Below are positions 37,741-47,695 of a stretch of 64,000 nt of DNA, piece after piece. The notes under the pieces are model-generated. The model was not told the DNA's origin. It worked only from the letters and a program-made list of their open reading frames with translations, and did not search any database. The DNA is taken from positions 12,534-76,533 of the forward strand of contig JAPDKC010000010.1 in the NCBI GenBank assembly GCA_029258755.1. Direction: 5' to 3'. The translations under genes and the position numbers were made by a program. How positions within the stretch are numbered: the stretch's first letter is position 1; the number at the start of each line of letters is the position of its first letter. The DNA is from an archaeon. GTDB taxonomy: Archaea > Iainarchaeota > Iainarchaeia > Iainarchaeales > DTGL01.

Positions 37741-38979
37741 ATGGAAAAGAGTGTTATAGAAGAAGTTGATGAGGCAGAGCTGAATCTATTCAATAAGAAG
37801 TTGAGAAAGCTAAAAAGCTATAAGGGCTCTGGCACAGAGCTCATATCGCTTTACATACCCTACGGTACGGACAGAAGCTCGGTGATGACGCAGCTTATAA
37901 ACGAGCAGAGTCAAAGCTCAAATATAAAGGACCCTAATACAAGAAAAAATGTACAAGGGGCATTAAAGAAGATAATAAACTTGCTAAAACAGATTGATTT
38001 TAAGATCCCGAAAAATGGCTTGGCTATATTCGCAGGCAATATATCTAAGCAGGAAGGAAAATCTGATATCAAGCTTTTCACAGTAGTTCCAATAAAAAAA
38101 CTTGAAACAAAGCTTTATTGGTGTGACTCTGAATTCAACCTAGAACCGCTTGAAGAAATGGCAAAACCAACAGATATTTATGGAATCCTTGTTATGGACA
38201 AGAGCGAAGCAACAATCGCAATACTTAAAGGGAAAAAGTACGAGATTGTAACAAAACTTAGAAGCAATGTTGCTGGCAAAATCCGTGCCGGTGGCCAATC
38301 TGCAAAGAGATTTGAACATCTAAGAGAAGAAGCAGAATACAACTTTTACAAAAAGATAAGCGAAGCTATGGCAAAGGCATTTATTCCATACATAGATAAG
38401 ATAAAAGGGATTATTGTTGCTGGACCAGGCATGACCAAAGAAACCTTCCTTGAAAAGGATTTGCTCGATTACAGATTAAAGGATAAGCTCATAGGCACTG
38501 TAAGCACAACCTATACTGACGAATATGGTATCAAAGAAGCTATTGAAAGGAGTAAAGAATTGCTGAAACATACGGAAATAATAAAGGAAAAGGAAGTAAT
38601 GCATGAATTTATGCGACATGTTGTTAAAACTGGTTTAGCGACTTATGGGGAAAAGGAAACCGTGGAAGCGCTTGAGCTTGGCAAGGTTGATACTCTGCTT
38701 CTTAGTGAAAGATTAAACAAAAACATTGTCACGTTTAAATGCCCCAACTGCGGTCATAAAGAAACGATCGTGGTTGAAGAAAGCGCTGAGCCACAGCTGA
38801 AATGCAAGAAGTGCGGTGCTGAGATGAATTCTGTTGAGGAAAGGGATTATATAGAAACCCTTATGGAGAAGGCAAAAGCAATGGGCTCAAAGATAAGGAT
38901 AATAAGCACAGAAACTGAAGAAGGTCAGCAATTCTGGCAAATATTTGGTGGCATAGGCGCAATCCTTCGCTTTAAGTGA
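37741..38979 (+). CDS. prf1: Peptide chain release factor aRF1
   Basis: GTELISLYIP, NIKD, YWCDSEF, AGGQSAKRF, zinc ribbon, FGGIGAILRF. Confidence 0.96.
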   Translation: MEKSVIEEVDEAELNLFNKKLRKLKSYKGSGTELISLYIPYGTDRSSVMTQLINEQSQSSNIKDPNTRKNVQGALKKIINLLKQIDFKIPKNGLAIFAGNISKQEGKSDIKLFTVVPIKKLETKLYWCDSEFNLEPLEEMAKPTDIYGILVMDKSEATIAILKGKKYEIVTKLRSNVAGKIRAGGQSAKRFEHLREEAEYNFYKKISEAMAKAFIPYIDKIKGIIVAGPGMTKETFLEKDLLDYRLKDKLIGTVSTTYTDEYGIKEAIERSKELLKHTEIIKEKEVMHEFMRHVVKTGLATYGEKETVEALELGKVDTLLLSERLNKNIVTFKCPNCGHKETIVVEESAEPQLKCKKCGAEMNSVEERDYIETLMEKAKAMGSKIRIISTETEEGQQFWQIFGGIGAILRFK

Positions 38980-38983
38980 TCCC

Positions 38984-40243
38984 ATGACTGGAATAAAGCA
39001 CTTTTTTACTAGCTGCCCGGGAATAGGGGGGAGGATAAAGTATAGATACGCTGATTTTGTAGTTGAAGAGATAACTGCTAACAGGATTTGTGAAGCAAAA
39101 CGCTTTGTTGTTGAAAATCCTGAAGATGAAACATTTAAGATTCCTCCAAAAGAAGCTGGAAAAGAATACTTACATTTAGATTTAGAAAAAATAAACAAGG
39201 ATTTGCACGATGCTATAAGATACATTGCAAGATTCCTCCATTGTAGCAAGGATAGAATAAGCTATGCTGGAATAAAAGATAAGAGAGCAGTTACATGTCA
39301 AAGAATAAGCATATGGAATCCTAACATAGAAAGGTTACAAGAGTTTAAGGCAAAAGGACTTGTGCTTAGGAATCCTGAATGGTCAAAGAAAAAAATAGAC
39401 CTTGGCGATTTGAAAGGCAATAGATTCACGGTAATAATAAGAAATATCAAACTTGAAGAAGCTGAGATCAAAAAAAGGTTAAAAAAATGCTTTGAGGAGA
39501 TCAAAAAAGGCATTCCAAACTATTTTGGTGAACAAAGATTTGGTGGTATAAGAGGCATAAGCCATCTTGTAGGCAAAGCGATAATAAAAGAGAATTATAA
39601 GGACGCGGTTATGCTTTATCTCTCAGCTACTGCTCCTGAAGAAGAACCAGAAACGAAAAAAGCCAGGGAACTTGTCGCAAAAGGAAAACTAAAAGAAGCT
39701 CTAAATACGTTTCCGAAAAAATACAGGTATGAAAGAGCAATACTCCATCATCTGCTTGAAAACGAGAAGGACTTTATAGGGGCTTTAAGAAAGCTTCCAA
39801 GGAAAATACTTTTTCTCTTTACGCATGCTTATCAAGCTCATCTTTTTAACGAGCTTATAAACAAAAGAATAGAACACGGCATAGGCTTAAAACCTGTAGA
39901 CAATGAACCTGCTGAAGGAAACATTCCCCTAGGCCTTCTTCCAGGATACAACTCAAAGTTTTCTCCTGGCATAGTGGGAAGGCTCGAAAGAGAGCTGCTT
40001 AAAAAAGAAGGAATAACACTTGCGGACTTTAGAGTTAAGAAATTGAGAGAATGTTCAAGTGCAGGATCTAGAAGAAAAATAGTAATGATTCCTAAAAACC
40101 TGGAGCTTCTTGAAGTTAAAGACGATGAATTCTTTCCTGGCAGAAAAGCATGCAAAATAAGATTTGAGCTGGAGAAAGGCTGTTATGCTACAGTGCTTTT
40201 GAGGGAAATAATGAAAAAACAAGACCTATATAGCATTGAGTGA
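38984..40243 (+). CDS. truD: tRNA pseudouridine(13) synthase TruD
   Basis: DFVVEE, YAGIKDKRAVTCQ, GNRF, PNYFGEQRFG, GCYATVLLRE. Confidence 0.95.
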   Translation: MTGIKHFFTSCPGIGGRIKYRYADFVVEEITANRICEAKRFVVENPEDETFKIPPKEAGKEYLHLDLEKINKDLHDAIRYIARFLHCSKDRISYAGIKDKRAVTCQRISIWNPNIERLQEFKAKGLVLRNPEWSKKKIDLGDLKGNRFTVIIRNIKLEEAEIKKRLKKCFEEIKKGIPNYFGEQRFGGIRGISHLVGKAIIKENYKDAVMLYLSATAPEEEPETKKARELVAKGKLKEALNTFPKKYRYERAILHHLLENEKDFIGALRKLPRKILFLFTHAYQAHLFNELINKRIEHGIGLKPVDNEPAEGNIPLGLLPGYNSKFSPGIVGRLERELLKKEGITLADFRVKKLRECSSAGSRRKIVMIPKNLELLEVKDDEFFPGRKACKIRFELEKGCYATVLLREIMKKQDLYSIE

Positions 40244-40288
40244 TGAATTTTTAATTTTTTGTTGCCTATTTAGAATTGCGGTGAGGTT

Positions 40289-41224
40289 ATGTTAAACTCT
40301 TTTGCAATGTATTTGCTGTGTTTTATTCTTTCCACAATTTCTGTGAAAATTGTTGCAAAATATAACAAAGCATTAGGAATTGTTGGAATAGACATAAATA
40401 AGCGGGATCAAAGAAAGCTTCCTGAAAGCACAGGCATAGCTCTTTTAATCCCGCTTTGGGCTGCTAGCTTAATTTCATTTCTCCAAACTGCCTATACTGG
40501 TTTTCTTGTTTGGGCCACAATGATAAGTGGTTTTGCGATAGTTGGTTTTGCTGATGATACAAAGCATAAGTTTGCAGCCAAAACCCTGCCATGGAAATTG
40601 CGGGCCTCTTTTATAGCGATAATCTCATTGCTTTTCTCTTTCTTCTTCTTTGGCAATAATCTGGTCATAGTTATTCTGGCTGCTTTATACCTTGCTGGTC
40701 TTGCAAGTTTTGAGAATACGTTCGCAGGCCTTAATGGTTGGGAAGTGGGCTCAGGTTTTATAATTTCCATCTTCTTTGCCTTATTGTTACAAAATACCCC
40801 CTACTTTATGCTTGCGCTTGCTTTAAACGCGAGCATTCTTGGCTTGCTTATATTCAACAAATATCCTGCCAAAGTGTTTCCGGGCGATAGCGGAACACTG
40901 CTTATTGGCTCCGCTCTTGCTGGCCTTATAATAATGAAAGGAAGTTTATATCTTATGATTGGCACATTTTTATTCTTTATTCCACATATGTTTGATTTTC
41001 TTTTGAAGATTATCACAAACCCTCAAGATCCAAGCCAGCAAAAGGAAAAACCTTACGTGTTAAATAAAGAAGGTAAGCTCGATATACCAAAAAGCAAAAA
41101 ACTAGATTTTGCCAAGTTTTTGGTGTTTTTACTCGGACCACAAAAAGAGTACATTATTGTAGCTATAATATGGTGTGTTGTTGCCCTAAACTGCTTATTG
41201 TGGTATCTCGTGATTACACTCTAA
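40289..41224 (+). CDS. Glycosyltransferase family 4 (AglH/GPT-like polyprenol-phosphate GlcNAc-1-P transferase)
   Basis: GIDINK..PES.G, GFADD, N.FAGLNG.E, NKYPAKVFPGDSG; multiple TMs. Confidence 0.9.
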   Translation: MLNSFAMYLLCFILSTISVKIVAKYNKALGIVGIDINKRDQRKLPESTGIALLIPLWAASLISFLQTAYTGFLVWATMISGFAIVGFADDTKHKFAAKTLPWKLRASFIAIISLLFSFFFFGNNLVIVILAALYLAGLASFENTFAGLNGWEVGSGFIISIFFALLLQNTPYFMLALALNASILGLLIFNKYPAKVFPGDSGTLLIGSALAGLIIMKGSLYLMIGTFLFFIPHMFDFLLKIITNPQDPSQQKEKPYVLNKEGKLDIPKSKKLDFAKFLVFLLGPQKEYIIVAIIWCVVALNCLLWYLVITL

Positions 41225-42209
41225 TAAATCTTTTTCTATACCCAAATACAAATAATACTACTGAAAGGCTTACCGGGAAAACTATGCGTGCGAAATCAAA
41301 GATCGCTAAGAAAGCTATTATCTGCTGCTGAGTCATCCTAAAAGCTAAAGATGTCGAAAGGAGAACATAGCTTATAGTTTCAACAAAACCTATGCCGCGG
41401 GGCATAAACGGCACTCTCTCTAGGATTGCTACAATTATAAAAAGCACAAAAACCGATTGTAGGCTCGGGTAGATGCCTAAAGAAAAAAACGAAAGATAAA
41501 ATGCTAAAAACTCAAAAAACCAGGAAAGAATGCACATAAACGCTAATGAAAAAAAGTGTATGCGATGTTTTTTAAGGTAGGCTGAATACTGAACAAAAAA
41601 ACAGCCTGCTGGCTCTAAAAGCAAAATATTTTTTGTCAATTTTCTAAAGATATTGGATATTAAAAGCGCAAGCCTTTCGTTTAACGGCAGTAAAAAAAGC
41701 GCTGTAGCTATAAAAACAACCAAAAGCCCGCTTAAAAGCAATATAAGGAAAACAGGATTAAGCTTCGTTGTGCATAAAAAGAAAAATACCACTGCCAGTG
41801 ATATCACAAATAAGGAAAGAAACTTGAAACCCTTAACAAGCATGCTTGCGCTTATTCCCTTCGAGAATGGAATCTTGTGAATTTCTTTTAATAGAAGTGC
41901 TCTTAGTGCATCCGCTCCCAGTTGAACAGGAGTAAGGGAAGCGAAAAGAGAAGAAAAACCTAGGAAAAGAAGCCTATTATAGGAAATATGATAATCTTTC
42001 TTTATAATCCAAGCCCAAGTCAAAAGCCAAATAAATACTGAAAGCAGGAAAACCAATGCCGCTGTAAATATAAGTCCTATATCAGCTTGTTTTAATACGT
42101 TTATTGAATTTGTGAATAGAACAACAACGGAAAAAACAGCAACAAAGAGCACAAGTACTATAAGTGCTCTCTTAATCGCTTTTATTATTTGCTTTTGGTT
42201 CTTTTGCAT
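41214..42209 (-). CDS. Lysylphosphatidylglycerol-synthase TM / UPF0104 flippase-like protein
   Basis: LTP.QLGADALRA, P.GIGFVE, about 8 TMs; between GT4 and S-layer genes. Confidence 0.82.
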   Translation of the reverse strand: MQKNQKQIIKAIKRALIVLVLFVAVFSVVVLFTNSINVLKQADIGLIFTAALVFLLSVFIWLLTWAWIIKKDYHISYNRLLFLGFSSLFASLTPVQLGADALRALLLKEIHKIPFSKGISASMLVKGFKFLSLFVISLAVVFFFLCTTKLNPVFLILLLSGLLVVFIATALFLLPLNERLALLISNIFRKLTKNILLLEPAGCFFVQYSAYLKKHRIHFFSLAFMCILSWFFEFLAFYLSFFSLGIYPSLQSVFVLFIIVAILERVPFMPRGIGFVETISYVLLSTSLAFRMTQQQIIAFLAIFDFARIVFPVSLSVVLFVFGYRKRFIRV

Positions 42210-42261
42210 GAAGTTAAATTAGAACTAAAAGAATTTAAAAATCCTGCCTAAAAATCAACGG

Positions 42262-42304
42262 AAAAATAAAAATAAAAAAGAAAGAAAGGCTTGGCGCCTT
42301 TCTT
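42262..42304 (-). terminator. Hairpin plus U-tract terminator of the S-layer gene
   Basis: AAGAAAGGC(42282-42290)-TTGGC-GCCTTTCTT(42296-42304), followed on - strand by TCTTTTTTATTTTATTTTT. Confidence 0.75.
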
Positions 42305-42310
42305 CTAAAT

Positions 42311-45300
42311 TTATCCTAACAATGCATCTAGCGCCTCGATCAACTTCTGAGCTGCTGTTACAGTGTCTGCTGCTGTGTAACCAGCAACGATTATATCACC
42401 GTTCTCAAGCTTTGCTACTACGCAGTCACCAGCGCTCTGCAATACTTCTTCCAGAGCTGCTTCTTCCTCTAGAACTGTGCCGTCACAGAGCTCTGCACCA
42501 GCAGGTACCACTATGCCGGAAGCCAAGCTGTTGGCTTTCCAGCCACCTATAATAATGTGCTGCTTGCCTACTGGTGCTGTCTCGTCTGTGTATACCAACT
42601 GACCTACTTTGACTGGTGTCATTCTTGTGACTGACTCAACTGTTATCTGGTCAGGTGTTATACCGCCAGCTGGACATGTGATTGTAACCTTGCCGTCTTC
42701 TACGCTGCTAGTGATTGTTTCTGGTGTAACGCTAAATGTATAGTTTACGCCTGTAACCTTATAAGATGTTGAATCTACCAACTGTTCCTGGTCTGGAACC
42801 AATGCTGGATAGTCACAGTCTTCCTCATCGCAGAACTTTGTTCCGCCTGTAACTGTTACTTCCGCACCCTGACCAACAACTGTTATCTTAAGCTTGCGCT
42901 GATCCTGTGGAATAACAGCTTCTAAGTAGCTACCACTAGAGACATCGTACAATGCACCGAAGTCAGAGTATGCTTTTGCTATATAGCTCGATGGTGTATC
43001 TGCTCTCAAGATCCAGCTCTGGCTGCCTTCTGCGTAATTGAAGTCTGCCCCATAATTGCTTAGGTTGTTGTTCGGCAAAGTAAGCAGCTTGTCGTCGCCT
43101 GTATAAATATATGCTTTACCTTCGTACGTGCTGTCCTCATCTTCATCTATTAGGAATGTCGCTACGTAGAAGTCATTGTCTGTCGAGTCGCCGCCCACCT
43201 CAAGGTCATCTGGCAAGTAATAGCTTGCCTCGTAAACCATATCCTCGTCTGTATCTGTACCTCCCAATGCTAAACCCTTGTTATACTGCACATTGAATGT
43301 TGTACTGCTATCAAGCAGCAACCAGAAGCTGCCGTATGTCTCGTTTACATAGAACGCATAGTTGAATGTCTCGTTGTTTGTACCTGAGCCGGTCAAAGGC
43401 ACATAAGCTCTACCGCTTGCTGTTGGTGTAGTGTTGTTATCCTCATAGAACCACATATGATAAGTAGTATTCTGACTATAGCCACTCTGAATGTAATCGC
43501 TATCTGCAGCAGAGCTGAACTGTGCTGTTGCTATCTGGAAGTAACCATCCGCCTGGCAGTTGAAATCAAATGCTGGGCCTGCACCGTAAGTGGTACAGGT
43601 GTATGTTATGCCATTGATATCTACAACCTTGGTCTGCTTTGTACCTGTAGGTGTCCACAAGCCCTGGTCTGTCAATAGGTTACCGTCAGTTTTCATTACA
43701 TAAACTCCATTAAGTTTGTCGGTTGTATCGTCTATCAAGAAGTTTGTGTCGTCTGTAATTACCTTATAGTAGAATGTCTGGTTGTCCAACGTGAATGTTC
43801 CCTGGGTGGATGTTATACTAAGCTGATAATAGAACGGCACTTTGTGCTCAAAGTCGCCTGTATCTGTAAACTCAACGTATCCATCACCGAGTTTTATTTC
43901 TGTTGTCTCCTGGTCGCCCTTGAAACCCTCAAATACAATCTTTACATAGCCATAGCCCAATGTATCTTCGCTCTCGCCAGCGAGGAATACAGCTTCGTTA
44001 GCACTTTCATTGTAATCCTTCAGAGCCCATGTCTTGCTAGCAAATACTGGCTCTGTATCACCAGAATACTTCCAGAGCTTTACGCTGTTCTTAATGATTA
44101 TATCTGTAACAACGTTTACATCTGGGCTTGAGCTAGTACCTGTTACAAACTCAGCGACCCAGTAGTCATCTGTTGTATCTGTATCTGTAGCACTGTAAGG
44201 ATACTGCTCATTATTAGCTAGAGTTATCATCTCTGCGCCCTTCACTATAACAACGCTACCCTCACCGGTAGCTGCGTTGAAGTTAACCTGCTTCAAGTAC
44301 AATGGTGTCTTGAGCGCGTACTCGCCCTGTGAATCTGTAAACAACTCGTGCAAGTAAATACCTTCTGTAGATGTTGTAACACTATCCACAACATTGCCTT
44401 CCTCGTCAAGAAGCTCAAATGTTGCTTCGTTACCGCTCCATACGCTAGCCACCCTTACTGTCATTGTTTTACCTGCATACTCGCCGTCACCCTCTAGCTC
44501 TGTTATCTCGTCACCGATGTTATATGTCTTTTCCCCTGTGCTCTTTACAAGCTTTATCTTATCTACACTAGCGATTGTTCCACCGCTTCTTGTTGTATCA
44601 ACATCGTAAAGCAAATACTCCTGACCAAAGAATATCACAGGTATTCTATCTGTGTCGCCAGCTTGGAAGTCGCTTATAGAGGAACCTGTCTCGCTATTAT
44701 CGAGCGGCAAACCCTTAGAGAAGTGCACTCTATAGTTAAAGTCACCAGGCATATCCATTAGCAAAACTAGGTCGCCAACATCAACATGGGTGTAGTCCAT
44801 CCTAGCGTCTGCCTCTATACCTATGTATTCTCTGATTGTCTGTGTATATGTTGTACCTTTATATCTGAAGTTCTTTGTTTCGTTTGCCAAACTACCAAGC
44901 TGTGAAGAAGATAACTCTGCTACAAGCTCTGCTGTTGTGCCCAAAGTAGAATCCATTGTTAAGTTATCATAAGTCTTACTGTACTCTTCGCTGTAGGTTG
45001 TTGTACCGCCAACTACCAAGTCAACGCTAACGCCTGTTACTTCTGCTGTAACTTCTTGACCCTCCAAGCCCTCTGGCAAGCTTACTGATGGTGTTACTTC
45101 CTCTTCCTTGTAAGCAAGCTGTGCTATCTTTGCAGCTATGTTACCTGCCCAAACAGCATCGCTTACCTTAGCTTTGCTACCAACAACTACGTCAACTACT
45201 GGGCTGCCAGCATCATTTACTATATCGCTTTTGTCCAAAGAGAACGCTGAAACAGCTGGTGCCAAAGCAGTGCCGAGCAAAGCAATTCCTGCACCAATGG

Positions 45301-45343
45301 CGGCTAGGCGCTTTACATTAAGTCCTTTCATAGATTTTTTCAC
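42311..45343 (-). CDS. S-layer protein (S_layer_N / S_layer_C architecture)
   Basis: Signal VKRLAAIGAGIALLG, VVVGSKAKVSD..A..IAA, C-terminal IIIGGWKAN and IIVAGYTAADT..AA; very acidic, Thr-rich, many NxT/S sequons. Confidence 0.93.
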   Translation of the reverse strand: MKKSMKGLNVKRLAAIGAGIALLGTALAPAVSAFSLDKSDIVNDAGSPVVDVVVGSKAKVSDAVWAGNIAAKIAQLAYKEEEVTPSVSLPEGLEGQEVTAEVTGVSVDLVVGGTTTYSEEYSKTYDNLTMDSTLGTTAELVAELSSSQLGSLANETKNFRYKGTTYTQTIREYIGIEADARMDYTHVDVGDLVLLMDMPGDFNYRVHFSKGLPLDNSETGSSISDFQAGDTDRIPVIFFGQEYLLYDVDTTRSGGTIASVDKIKLVKSTGEKTYNIGDEITELEGDGEYAGKTMTVRVASVWSGNEATFELLDEEGNVVDSVTTSTEGIYLHELFTDSQGEYALKTPLYLKQVNFNAATGEGSVVIVKGAEMITLANNEQYPYSATDTDTTDDYWVAEFVTGTSSSPDVNVVTDIIIKNSVKLWKYSGDTEPVFASKTWALKDYNESANEAVFLAGESEDTLGYGYVKIVFEGFKGDQETTEIKLGDGYVEFTDTGDFEHKVPFYYQLSITSTQGTFTLDNQTFYYKVITDDTNFLIDDTTDKLNGVYVMKTDGNLLTDQGLWTPTGTKQTKVVDINGITYTCTTYGAGPAFDFNCQADGYFQIATAQFSSAADSDYIQSGYSQNTTYHMWFYEDNNTTPTASGRAYVPLTGSGTNNETFNYAFYVNETYGSFWLLLDSSTTFNVQYNKGLALGGTDTDEDMVYEASYYLPDDLEVGGDSTDNDFYVATFLIDEDEDSTYEGKAYIYTGDDKLLTLPNNNLSNYGADFNYAEGSQSWILRADTPSSYIAKAYSDFGALYDVSSGSYLEAVIPQDQRKLKITVVGQGAEVTVTGGTKFCDEEDCDYPALVPDQEQLVDSTSYKVTGVNYTFSVTPETITSSVEDGKVTITCPAGGITPDQITVESVTRMTPVKVGQLVYTDETAPVGKQHIIIGGWKANSLASGIVVPAGAELCDGTVLEEEAALEEVLQSAGDCVVAKLENGDIIVAGYTAADTVTAAQKLIEALDALLG

Positions 45344-45428
45344 CTCACCTTATTTTTTAAGCATAAAGCCCGCTCGACGCAGTAGAGTTAGGAGCAGGCC
45401 TTTTACTATTTATTCCATATATTCCCCT

Positions 45429-45447
45429 GTATTTAAATACTTTTCGC
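45429..45447 (-). promoter_or_regulatory. BRE/TATA promoter of the S-layer gene
   Basis: - strand GCGAAAAG-TATTTAAATAC about 90 nt upstream of GTG start, which has an AAGGTGAG SD. Confidence 0.7.
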
Positions 45448-45540
45448 TTTCCGCGCTTTTTCGGGTTTTTGCGTGTCTCAATAAGGTAAAAATTCTATGA
45501 TTTGTTGAATGTCTTTTCGTTGATTTGCGAAAAAACATCT

Positions 45541-46191
45541 TTATTTCGCACCTTCCTGAAAGAGCTTTTTATAGAATTCTACAAGCTCCGCTTTCTTGAG
45601 ATGTCTAGCGATATATGCGTTGTATTTGAATATAAATTCGGCCATTTCGTTTAAACCTTCCTGCAGTTCATAGGCACTAAGCTCAAGTTTAGCAGGTTTT
45701 ATTATTTCTACAGTACTTGGCCCATAGAGATACATGAATCTAACAAGCGATAAGAAATCTTTAAAGCCGGCTGTAAGCTCTATATAAGCGCTGTAATCGG
45801 ATTTGTGCTTCATTGGTTCAGCAATTTCCATGGAATATATGGTAAGCGATCTATCCGCCTTAAGGCGTTCTTCAATTGTCTTGAGCCGCGTCTTTACAGC
45901 TTTCTCAGATATACCGCTGACCTCTATGTAAGCTTGTAGATCCAACTTTGGTTTCTCTTTTTCCCTAAGTTCTTGTCTTTCTCGCAGCCCTTTTTTAACC
46001 TCCTCCGAGAGCGAAAACATGTTAGCAGTTTCATTCACAACTTTAAGCTTTACCATCTGCTTTAGTGCTTTTTCTATCTCGAAAGGATTTTCACCTAAAA
46101 GCTTAGCAAGCTGTTCTATACTTTTAGGTCCGTCAAGCAGGTGGTAAGCAATCTTCTTCTGCAACCAACTGAAAGTAACCATAAATATCAC
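45541..46191 (-). CDS. Hypothetical protein with N-terminal winged HTH
   Basis: LLDGPKSIEQLAKLLG..IEKALKQMVKLKVV; C-terminal RFMYLYGPSTVEI. Confidence 0.7.
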   Translation of the reverse strand: MIFMVTFSWLQKKIAYHLLDGPKSIEQLAKLLGENPFEIEKALKQMVKLKVVNETANMFSLSEEVKKGLRERQELREKEKPKLDLQAYIEVSGISEKAVKTRLKTIEERLKADRSLTIYSMEIAEPMKHKSDYSAYIELTAGFKDFLSLVRFMYLYGPSTVEIIKPAKLELSAYELQEGLNEMAEFIFKYNAYIARHLKKAELVEFYKKLFQEGAK

Positions 46192-46247
46192 GCAATAGTA
46201 AAAGCGCTCAAAAATCGTTTTAAAATGTTTGTAACAAAAAGTTTCTG

Positions 46248-46613
46248 ATGCTCACTATAGAAAAAATTCCGGGTTTAGAAGACCTTGGAAAAGAAACAGC
46301 TAAACAGGTTGCGGAGCAAGCAGCCACGATTACTCAAGAAGCTGGCTCAAAAGCAATTGGTTTTTTTAGCAGCATGGTAGGCGATCCTAAAATACTTGCG
46401 TTAGGGATAATTCTCATAGTGGCAACAATTGTTGTGATATTTTTTATCAAAAGAATAATAATAAACTCTGTTTTAGGCCTTATCGCTTGGGCTGTGCTCA
46501 AATACTACTTCCAAGTTGAGCTTCCTTTTATTCCAAGCTTGGCTGCAAGCATTATTTTTGGTTTAGCAGGCATAGGCACAATGCTTGTGTTAAAATTTTT
46601 TGGTGTTATTTGA
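46248..46613 (+). CDS. Small membrane protein (BofA-like)
   Basis: Three TMs with IINSVLGLI..P....IIFGLAG pattern. Confidence 0.6.
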   Translation: MLTIEKIPGLEDLGKETAKQVAEQAATITQEAGSKAIGFFSSMVGDPKILALGIILIVATIVVIFFIKRIIINSVLGLIAWAVLKYYFQVELPFIPSLAASIIFGLAGIGTMLVLKFFGVI

Positions 46614-47664
46614 CCTTTATACCTAAGTTGTAATTGCAATATTTGCACCTTCCTTTTTCATCAAGCGCGATAAGCGTGATTTCATAACCAATGCGTTCAA
46701 TTACTACATTCTGACACTTAGGACAATATGTATGCTGTGCCTCTGGCACATTGCCAAGATAAACATATTGTAAGCCAGCCGTTTTCGCTATTTCATATGC
46801 TTCTCTAAGCGTTTCTATAGGAGTGATTGGTGTGCTGAGCATTTTATAATGAGGGAAAAAGCGAGAAAAATGCAAGGGAATCTTTTTATCCAAGCTCGCG
46901 ATAAAAGAAACTATTTCTTTTATTTGCGCTTTGCTATCGTTGTAACCAGGGATTAGTAGATTTGTTACTTCAACATGCACCTTTTTCTTGTGCAAAAACT
47001 TTATGCTCTCTTTTACGAAATCCACATCTGCATTTCCACAAAGCTTTTTATAAAAGCTAGCGTCACCTTTCAGATCTATGTTTGCCCCATCTAAGTAGCG
47101 TACAAGCTCTTTTAGTGCGAATTTGCTCATATAACCGTTGCTTACCCAAACATTGTATAGGTGCTCTTTGTGTGCAAGTTTCATGATATCTAAAGCATAT
47201 TCTATGAAGACCGTTGGCTCAACATAAGTGTATGCTATGCCCTCTAAGCCACGCTCTAAGGTATTTTGCACTATTTGTTCAGGAGTTGTTTCTGGAACCT
47301 TTGCTATATCTTCCTCCAAAAAGTCCTGAGAAATATCATGGTTTTGGCAGAACGGGCAAGAAAAGTTGCAACCGTAAGTACTTATGCTATTACAAAGGGT
47401 TCCAGGCATGAAGTGATAGAGAGGCTTTTTCTCTATAGGATCTGCTGTCATAGTAAGTGTTTTGTTATAAACAAGGGAATAGAGCTTGCCATCAATGTTT
47501 TTTCTTACACGACAAAAACCCGTTTGGTTTTTATCTATAGAACAAAATCTGTTGCAAGCAGTACATTGCACCCTATCGTTGGCAAGTTTTTTATAAAACC
47601 TTGCCTCCCGCATCTCAAAAACCTTCCATGCGCTTTTTAGCTCATCTTTTAATTTCTTTTTCAT
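46606..47664 (-). CDS. AmmeMemoRadiSam system radical SAM enzyme
   Basis: VQCTAC.R.C, G.C.VR.N, DPIEKKPLYHF.PG, GCNFSCPFCQN, YTYVEP, HFSRFFP, YVYLGN, CPKC. Confidence 0.92.
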   Translation of the reverse strand: MKKKLKDELKSAWKVFEMREARFYKKLANDRVQCTACNRFCSIDKNQTGFCRVRKNIDGKLYSLVYNKTLTMTADPIEKKPLYHFMPGTLCNSISTYGCNFSCPFCQNHDISQDFLEEDIAKVPETTPEQIVQNTLERGLEGIAYTYVEPTVFIEYALDIMKLAHKEHLYNVWVSNGYMSKFALKELVRYLDGANIDLKGDASFYKKLCGNADVDFVKESIKFLHKKKVHVEVTNLLIPGYNDSKAQIKEIVSFIASLDKKIPLHFSRFFPHYKMLSTPITPIETLREAYEIAKTAGLQYVYLGNVPEAQHTYCPKCQNVVIERIGYEITLIALDEKGRCKYCNYNLGIKVK

Positions 47665-47695
47665 ATATAATAGTGGAGCGCGGTTATTTTAACGA

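Noticed and set aside
37915-37935. aRF1 NIKS-to-NIKD variant as a sign of stop-codon reassignment
   Set aside because: Conserved genes here end at expected lengths with TAA (rio1), TAG (eif2b) and TGA (prf1), and no in-frame stops interrupt core genes; the standard code fits
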